64,000 bases of DNA. Source: a bacterium. Lineage in GTDB: Bacteria > Patescibacteriota > Minisyncoccia > UBA6257 > MFKM01. The notes beneath the pieces were generated by a model. The model did not search any database and was not told where the DNA came from. It saw only the letters and a list, made by a program, of their open reading frames with translations. The stretch spans positions 109,603 to 173,602 of the forward strand of contig JAUYAV010000011.1 in the NCBI GenBank assembly GCA_030693325.1. The letters run 5' to 3'. Below are positions 57,947 to 64,000 of the stretch, in pieces (position 1 is the stretch's first letter; every line of letters starts with the position of its first letter). A program made the position numbers and the translations under genes.

Positions 57947-58135
57947 ATGAAAATTTTTAGAGCAAGGACATTTCGGTGGTGGGAAATAGGTTTAATAAAA
58001 GTCTGCCTTATTCCATTGGGTATTATATTGGGCATATATTTCCATACTTACCTTGCGGGTTTTTTGTGGCTTTGGTGGATGTTATTTATAACAACGGCAA
58101 TCTATTTTATTACTCGATTTGTGTACGAAAAATAA
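57947..58135 (+). CDS. Hypothetical small membrane protein (62 aa, 2 TM)
   Basis: Hydrophobic, Trp-rich. Confidence 0.4.
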   Translation: MKIFRARTFRWWEIGLIKVCLIPLGIILGIYFHTYLAGFLWLWWMLFITTAIYFITRFVYEK

Positions 58136-58186
58136 AAGTAGACTTTCTGGTCTTAATTTAGTTATAGCCATAACAATATATTATTT

Positions 58187-58429
58187 ATGAACCCCTTTGA
58201 CAAAATAGAAGAAACGAAAAAAGAGGCAAAAGAAAAAATGCTAACCTTAATTTTAGCCGGCTTTGGGTTAGTAGCGGCTTTGGCATGGAATGATGCTATT
58301 CAAACCTTGTTCAGGCTTCTTTTCCTAGAAAGCGATGGGGTAATTGGAAAATTTATTTACGCGGTAATTGTGACAATTTTTATAGTTTTTATTTCTTCGC
58401 ATTTGAAAAAAATCAGTGAAAAAATCTAG
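58187..58429 (+). CDS. Hypothetical small membrane protein (80 aa, 2 TM)
   Basis: Charged N-terminal helix then two TM segments. Confidence 0.45.
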   Translation: MNPFDKIEETKKEAKEKMLTLILAGFGLVAALAWNDAIQTLFRLLFLESDGVIGKFIYAVIVTIFIVFISSHLKKISEKI

Positions 58430-58461
58430 TAATAAAATTAAAGTTCTGTTATAATGTAATT

Positions 58462-59037
58462 ATGAAGTGTCCAAAGTGCAAAAAAGAATTATCGGAAAAA
58501 ATTAAAATCGGCGATGTCAAAATTGACCGTTGTTCCGGGTGCGGCGGACTTTGGTTTGAAAAAGACGAATTGCGTCTGGCTAAAGATAAAAAAGCTCCGG
58601 AAGCCAAATGGGTGGATGCCGAGATTAAAGACAAAAGCATTAATTGGTTCCAATTTGAATTCTGGAAAGATAAAATAAAATTTAAAATTAAGAAAGGGTT
58701 AAAATACTGCCCGACTGACGATATACCTCTTTATCAGCTTAATTATGATGATACGCCGATTGAAATTGATGTTTGCGGCATCTGTTTCGGTATCTGGCTT
58801 GATAAGGGCGAGTTTAAAAAAATTATTGATTATGTAAAAAATAAAGCCGACTACGAAGTGCTTTATAATTACGCGAAAAATCTAGCCGAGGAAACAAAAG
58901 AAATTTTTATAGGGCCGGAAAGCGTCAAATCCGAAGTAGTGGACTTATTGATGCTTATCAAGCTCCTGAAGTATAAATTAATGGTACAGCACCCGGAATT
59001 GGTTAAATTAATTTCCATTATTCCGTTACCAAAGTAG
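58462..59037 (+). CDS. Tandem zinc-ribbon protein (two CxxC...CxxCxGxWxDxxEL units)
   Basis: CPKCKKEL...CSGCGGLWFEKDEL and CPTDDIPL...CGICFGIWLDKGEF. Confidence 0.6.
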   Translation: MKCPKCKKELSEKIKIGDVKIDRCSGCGGLWFEKDELRLAKDKKAPEAKWVDAEIKDKSINWFQFEFWKDKIKFKIKKGLKYCPTDDIPLYQLNYDDTPIEIDVCGICFGIWLDKGEFKKIIDYVKNKADYEVLYNYAKNLAEETKEIFIGPESVKSEVVDLLMLIKLLKYKLMVQHPELVKLISIIPLPK

Positions 59038-59066
59038 AATAAAAAAGTTAGGCCGTTAACGCCAAG

Positions 59067-59133
59067 TCAGGTATATAAATATACTCATTTTTTCGCTGGA
59101 TAATGATTCTAATGTCGTTCACAATGCGAAGTC
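59067..59133. repeat. Intergenic repeat R2 (paralogue of R1)
   Basis: caggtatataaatatactcatttt...gattctaatgtcgttcacaatgcgaagtc. Confidence 0.5.
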
Positions 59134-59205
59134 AAGAAGGACATTTTCCTTTACCGGTATTTTCTGCTACACTCAGAATATTATTAACTAATAAATAAAA
59201 GCTAT

Positions 59206-59328
59206 ATGGCAAGAAGAAGAAAGAGGATAGGAGAGCATAAAAAATCGCATTCCCATAAAACCAAGAAACGATTGGGAATAAAGAGGCTTATGCTCCAAGC
59301 TAAAGCGAATAAAAGAAAGCAAAAATAG
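59206..59328 (+). CDS. Hypothetical very basic 40-aa protein (not in the ORF track)
   Basis: MARRRKRIGEHKKSHSHKTKKRLGIKRLMLQAKANKRKQK*. Resembles r-protein-like basic peptides but matches none I can name; followed by a strong bidirectional terminator. Confidence 0.35.
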   Translation: MARRRKRIGEHKKSHSHKTKKRLGIKRLMLQAKANKRKQK

Positions 59329-59344
59329 TATTAGGATTGTAATA

Positions 59345-59385
59345 AAAGCAAAGACGCCCACCGTGGGCGTCTTTGCTTTTATACT
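59345..59385. terminator. Bidirectional rho-independent terminator
   Basis: aaaagcaaagacgcccaccgtgggcgtctttgctttt. Confidence 0.7.
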
Positions 59386-59397
59386 ATCTGAAAAATA

Positions 59398-59679
59398 TTA
59401 GGAAAGATGTTTGGAAACGAGTTTTGTCATTTCAAACATATTGACGACTTCTTTCCCGCCAAATACTTTTTTCAAATTTTCGTCAGCAACGATATTCCGC
59501 TTGTCCTTGGTGTCCTGAAGGTTGTGTCCTTTGATATACACCCAAAGTTTTTTAACAACCTCGGATCTGGGCATGGGGCCATTGCCGACTACCGCCGCTA
59601 ACTCCGCGCTGACATTCAGCGGCTTCATAAACGCAGAATTGATTTTTTTCTCCATAAAATTGTTTATTAATTTATTCAA
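59398..59679 (-). CDS. SWIB/MDM2-domain protein
   Basis: PLNVSAELAAVVGNGPMPRSEVVKKLWVYIKGHNLQD...NIVADENLKKVFGGKEVVNMFEMTKLVSKHL. Confidence 0.75.
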   Translation of the reverse strand: MNKLINNFMEKKINSAFMKPLNVSAELAAVVGNGPMPRSEVVKKLWVYIKGHNLQDTKDKRNIVADENLKKVFGGKEVVNMFEMTKLVSKHLS

Positions 59680-60006
59680 ATACGACCTTTATGCAATTAT
59701 ACATAATTTACGGGTAAATAGTAAGCCCCCAGAATCAAGCGGGGTTTTGTTTACTCCGAACGCTGAACGAAATCCGCCCTGCCCGTCCGTAGCCCTGCCT
59801 GCTGGCGAGGCAGGTTGTATATAGTATTCGCCAAGATTTTTTGGGTTCAATCGCCACCTTTTGCGAAAGCAAAACGCGGTTCGAGCCAATGATTGCCGTT
59901 TCGCTCAAAATCCTTTTTTGAGGAAAAATTATAGTTTTCAAAAAAATTACCGGGAAATATCCCTAAAATAAAGCCTTTTAGAGCTTTATTACAATTTGCT
60001 TGTTTA

Positions 60007-61155
60007 GTGGCAATTTGCTACAATATTTACATGAAGATATTTAAACGTGATCTTGAAGAGAAAATTACTCCCGTATTATTCAAGGGAAAGTTAGTGGTCA
60101 TCTTAGGCCCGAGGCAGTCGGGGAAGACCACGCTGGCTAAAAAAATTATTAACGAATATGGCGAGGATGGAGAGTATTACGATTGTCAGATAGCAGATGT
60201 GCGAGCGCATTTTGTATTGGGCGAACCGGATAAGCTTTTACCATTAACTAAAATGAAGAAAATCGTAGTATTTGATGAAGCCCAGACAATCCAAAATATT
60301 GGGAGTATTCTTAAGGCATATCATGATACATATCCTGAAATACAAATAATCGCTACCGGCTCTTCATCGTTTGATCTTGCAAATAAAATCAAAGAGCCGA
60401 TGACTGGCCGAGCCTACGAATTTACTCTTTTGCCGCTTTCTTTGAATGAAATAACTTCTGCATATCCAGATTTTTGCGAGGCGGATCTTTTCAATATTAT
60501 GCAGTTTGGGTCATACCCCGCCACTATCGCGGCTGAAACGATTGAAGATAAATTGTTTTCAATACGAAATATTGCCACCAATTATCTGTATAAAGATATT
60601 TTCGTTTTTGAGGTCATTCGTAACCCAAAGATTTTTGAAGATTTGCTCAAAATGCTGGCATTGCAAATTGGTTCCACGGTATCGATCAATGAGCTATCTC
60701 AAGGCCTCGGTGTCACGCGGGCAACAGTAAATCGCTATTTGCGGCTTCTTGAACAATCTTTCATCATCAAAAGAATTTATTCCTTTTCCAATAATCCGCG
60801 CAATGAGATTAAGAAAGGTTTTAAAATATTTTTTCTAGATATAGGGGTTCGTAATGCGCTAGTGGATATTGTTTCGTCTATGCCAGAACGCAGTGACAAG
60901 GGAGTAATTTTTGAAAACTTTTTTGTCAGCGAGCGAATGAAAAAAGGTTCTTTGGAAATTTTCCCTCCGGAAATTATGTTTTGGCGGACACGGACGGGCC
61001 AAGAGATTGATGTGATAGAAAAAAACGGACCAAATATTTCCGCCTTTGAGTGTAAGTGGAAAGACGTTGTCTCGGCTCCGAAGCAGTTTTTGAAAGCGTA
61101 CCCGAATGTCACATTTGTACCAGTTAATATCAATAATATCCTTTCGCATGTTTAA
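60007..61155 (+). CDS. AAA+ superfamily ATPase (COG1373/DUF4143-type)
   Basis: Walker A VILGPRQSGKTTLAKK, Walker B IVVFDEAQ, plus the C-terminal DUF4143-like region. Flanked by 20-nt GC-rich direct repeats (59775..59794 and 61195..61213). Confidence 0.7.
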   Translation: MAICYNIYMKIFKRDLEEKITPVLFKGKLVVILGPRQSGKTTLAKKIINEYGEDGEYYDCQIADVRAHFVLGEPDKLLPLTKMKKIVVFDEAQTIQNIGSILKAYHDTYPEIQIIATGSSSFDLANKIKEPMTGRAYEFTLLPLSLNEITSAYPDFCEADLFNIMQFGSYPATIAAETIEDKLFSIRNIATNYLYKDIFVFEVIRNPKIFEDLLKMLALQIGSTVSINELSQGLGVTRATVNRYLRLLEQSFIIKRIYSFSNNPRNEIKKGFKIFFLDIGVRNALVDIVSSMPERSDKGVIFENFFVSERMKKGSLEIFPPEIMFWRTRTGQEIDVIEKNGPNISAFECKWKDVVSAPKQFLKAYPNVTFVPVNINNILSHV

Positions 61156-61295
61156 CCAAGCTATGGACACATTAGAAAAACTAGCCAAAGCCCTCGCCTG
61201 CCCGTCCGTAGCCTTATGGCGAAGGCGGGGCGTGCTTGCCCTTCCGAAGCCGAAAGGCGAAGGAGTACCGGTAGCTGAATTATTTAAATAAAAAT

Positions 61296-62300
61296 ATGGG
61301 AACAAAAAAGTCATTATATAAAGCAAATAAGGTTAAGGACGATGAGTTTTATACTCTTTTTGAGGATATTGCCAATGAAGTTTCTCTTTATAAAGAACAA
61401 CTAAAAGGGAAAAGAATTTTATGTCCTTGCGATTGGGATGAAAGTTATAACGAAGAACTTGTCTATAAAGAAGAAGGGTTTGTCGCCTCGTCTAATTTAT
61501 TAGATGCTGGAGGCACAATAAAAAAAATAGATATAAAGGCCTCTAAAGAAAAAGTAGAAAAAGATTTAGCTTTGATTAAATGCAATTTTGTAAAATTTTT
61601 AGTTGCCCATGCCGATGCTTATGGCATAACTTCAATTTCAGTGAGTGGGTATAATCCTGCTACAGGTAAAGGTGTGAAATTTCAAGATGTTAATTATTCA
61701 AAATACGATATTGTCATAACAAACCCGCCATTTAGCAAATTTAGAGAATTTATTGATACGATGTTCAAAAATGAAATGAAGTTTTTAGTTATCGGACCAC
61801 TCACGGCTATAACTTATAGGGACATTTTTACTCACATAGAAAGCAATGAAATGTGGCTTGGTTACGCGAAGCAATTGTCCGGATTTAGATTGTTAGATGG
61901 CACGCTTGTTCTTTCTAAAAACCCCGAAGGTTCAGTTTCCAGAGCCTGTAAGTGGTATACAAATTTTGATGTTGCTTATAGGCATGATAAAATGATTTTA
62001 ACTGAGAGCTATAGCCCTGAAAAATATCCAAAATATTATAATTACAACGGCATAGACGTCGAAAAAACACTTAAAATACCATTCGATTATGTCGGCGTGA
62101 TGGGAGTGCCAATAACATTTTTACAGAAATTTAATCCCAATCAATTTAAAATAATTGGTAAGGGTGTGCAGGTAAAAAAAACGATAAGATTTAAGGGCGA
62201 TAAAGCAACCCTTTGGATTGAAAAAGATGGTAAGCCATTTAAGGCTCCCTTTGAAAGAATATTAATAAAAAATAAAAAAGTAATTAAGAACGACAAATAA
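61296..62300 (+). CDS. Adenine-specific DNA methyltransferase-like protein (NPPF motif IV)
   Basis: DIVITNPPFSKF catalytic motif of N6-adenine (gamma-type) MTases; N-terminal DEFYT. Confidence 0.6.
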   Translation: MGTKKSLYKANKVKDDEFYTLFEDIANEVSLYKEQLKGKRILCPCDWDESYNEELVYKEEGFVASSNLLDAGGTIKKIDIKASKEKVEKDLALIKCNFVKFLVAHADAYGITSISVSGYNPATGKGVKFQDVNYSKYDIVITNPPFSKFREFIDTMFKNEMKFLVIGPLTAITYRDIFTHIESNEMWLGYAKQLSGFRLLDGTLVLSKNPEGSVSRACKWYTNFDVAYRHDKMILTESYSPEKYPKYYNYNGIDVEKTLKIPFDYVGVMGVPITFLQKFNPNQFKIIGKGVQVKKTIRFKGDKATLWIEKDGKPFKAPFERILIKNKKVIKNDK

Positions 62301-62301
62301 T

Positions 62302-63375
62302 ATGAATATCAAAAATTTATACGAACAAGTTAGAGATGGAAAAATTATCAGCGATATAGAACTTCAGAGAGAAATTGTTTATGACGCTGAAAAACAAATG
62401 CTGGTAATAGATAGCATTGTAAATGGAATTCCTTTGCCAGCATTTTATTTTTGGAAAAATAAAGATGGCATTTTGGAAGTTTTAGATGGTAAGCAAAGAA
62501 TAGAATCTATTAAGAAATTTGTTGAGAATGATATTCAATATCAAGATAAATTGTGGAAACAAACCGACAAGAAAATTCAAAATATAATAAATGATACCGA
62601 GCTTTCAATTATTATTTGTGAGGGGAAAGAGCAACTAAAAAGAGAAATATTTAGAAGAATTAATACTTTAGGCGTGCCACTTTCTCCTTATGAAGTATTA
62701 AATGGTCTTTTCCATGGCGAGTATTTAAGGGGTTTAACCGCTTATGTTGGGCAAGACAGAGATGCGTTAAGGGTTTTTGGTTCTAATAGCCGCGGTAAAA
62801 ATCAGTATAGAACTTTGCAATTATTAATGACATTGAAGGATTTAGCAAAAGACGCTCATACTATAAATGATTATGTGAATAAATGTCAGAATAATACTTT
62901 CGCTGATAACCAAATAGAAATTGGCAAATATATCAAATTTGTTAGTGAAATATTTGAAGAATATGGTCAGTTAGATGTTTATTTTAATTTGGCGAGAAAA
63001 TATTTTAAAGATGCAGTTATTTGGAAACAGAATAAGGATGAAATTAACTCTCGTGTTAAAAGATATTTGAAGAGCGATGATGCTAAACTTACAGATAAAT
63101 CAAAAGAAATAGAAGATATTATTCAAGCTATTGTAAATAATATTAGCGTTGATGATAAACGATTATTTTCAAGCGATGATAAAAAAGAATTTTTAAGAAA
63201 AAAGAAACCGAACAAAGAAAATAAATATCAATGCGCCGATTGCAAAAAGTATTTTTACGTAGAAGAATTGACAATGGATCATAAAGACCCGTGGAGTAAG
63301 GGTGGTAGAACCGAACTTTCAAACGCAGAATTACGGTGTCGCCCATGTAATATTAAAAAGGGAAATAGAAGTTAG
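62302..63375 (+). CDS. DUF262 (ParB/GmrSD N-terminal-like) - HNH fusion nuclease
   Basis: N-terminus LQREIVY...IDSIVNGIPLPAFYFW...LDGKQRIESI (DUF262 DGQQR-type motif). C-terminus CADCKKYF...MDHKDPWSKGG...CRPCNIKKGN (HNH). Starts 2 nt after the MTase stop. Confidence 0.7.
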   Translation: MNIKNLYEQVRDGKIISDIELQREIVYDAEKQMLVIDSIVNGIPLPAFYFWKNKDGILEVLDGKQRIESIKKFVENDIQYQDKLWKQTDKKIQNIINDTELSIIICEGKEQLKREIFRRINTLGVPLSPYEVLNGLFHGEYLRGLTAYVGQDRDALRVFGSNSRGKNQYRTLQLLMTLKDLAKDAHTINDYVNKCQNNTFADNQIEIGKYIKFVSEIFEEYGQLDVYFNLARKYFKDAVIWKQNKDEINSRVKRYLKSDDAKLTDKSKEIEDIIQAIVNNISVDDKRLFSSDDKKEFLRKKKPNKENKYQCADCKKYFYVEELTMDHKDPWSKGGRTELSNAELRCRPCNIKKGNRS

Positions 63376-63436
63376 TATGTAAATTGTTTTGAGTAATGGA
63401 AACTCTAAAAAAAAATTATGATAATAAGCGAATAAT

Positions 63437-64000
63437 ATGGGTAAGGTTTATTTAAAAAATAATTGGGCAGAAACTTTTGTTTTCGGTGATAAAACACCCG
63501 GAGTTTATGTCGGCCGTGAGGATGAACTACAAAACCTAAAATTTACTTTAGTAAATAATAATTCAGCCTCTATTTTAATTTCTTCCGTGCGGGGAGTTGG
63601 GAAAACATCTTTTGTCCATAAGGCATTGAGTGAGGCTACCAAAGATGTTTATCCGATTTTTGTAAATGCCGGCCATGTTATGAGTTGTTGTGGGAAAGAA
63701 GGCTTGCCCAAGAGAGAACTTTTGAACTCTTTGATTCGTTCTGCGTATTTTGAATTTAAGGACAAAGATTCTGAAATTAAGGATTTATATTATAAAACCT
63801 TAGGAAAATTTAAAGAATATAAATTCATCCAAGAATCTGAAGAAAAAGTTTCTGAAAAAGAAGTTGGCTTAACAAAGGAGTTTAATATAAGGCACATTTT
63901 TGCTATTTCAGGCTCCGTTTTAGCTACTGTAGGAATAATGAATGAAATTTGGTGGGTTAAAGTTATTGGTATTTTGGGCACAATAAGTATACCGGTATCT
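63437..64000 (+). CDS. P-loop NTPase (AAA_16/STAND-like N-terminus); the gene runs off the window end
   Basis: ILISSVRGVGKTSFVHKAL Walker A preceded by VYVGREDEL; not in the ORF track because no stop occurs within the window. Confidence 0.5.
   Translation, partial: MGKVYLKNNWAETFVFGDKTPGVYVGREDELQNLKFTLVNNNSASILISSVRGVGKTSFVHKALSEATKDVYPIFVNAGHVMSCCGKEGLPKRELLNSLIRSAYFEFKDKDSEIKDLYYKTLGKFKEYKFIQESEEKVSEKEVGLTKEFNIRHIFAISGSVLATVGIMNEIWWVKVIGILGTISIPVS

Overview
This 64-kb window is AT-rich (roughly 30-45% GC, locally variable) and comes from a small-genome bacterium. Many hypothetical proteins, a truncated rpoA, O-antigen-ligase/TPR membrane proteins and a compact ribosomal operon suggest a CPR/Patescibacteria-like organism; that assignment is inference. 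Conserved backbone genes are present: an envelope glycan locus plus a giant surface protein, groES-groEL, dCMP deaminase + ThyA-like, LemA-HtpX, a GGDEF protein, dnaG-rpoD, alaS, the infA-rpmJ-rpsM-rpsK-rpsD-rpoA-rplQ-rplM-rpsI operon, comEC, mnmA, efp, a Ca-ATPase, secDF and lepA. The six-frame track hides several items. These are tRNA-Ser(GGA), tRNA-Lys(UUU), a tRNA-Asn(GUU) interrupted by a 230-nt group I intron, rpmJ, and two small ORFs. The window is rich in non-coding and mobile structure. (1) A structured ncRNA-like element occurs in two copies with compensatory stem changes. (2) A 300-bp GIY-YIG mini-element with terminal inverted repeats has a deleted MITE-like copy next to tRNA-Ser. 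(3) A 42-bp perfect palindrome is present three times. (4) A low-GC insertion carries a radical-SAM/SPASM enzyme and an HExxH protein, appears to have rebuilt alaS, and leaves an orphan alaS 5' fragment. (5) A low-GC trehalose/MscS island lies next to the intron-containing tRNA. (6) A terminal low-GC block holds an adenine MTase, a DUF262-HNH nuclease and two ATPases. All family assignments come from motif reading by eye. No database search was run.
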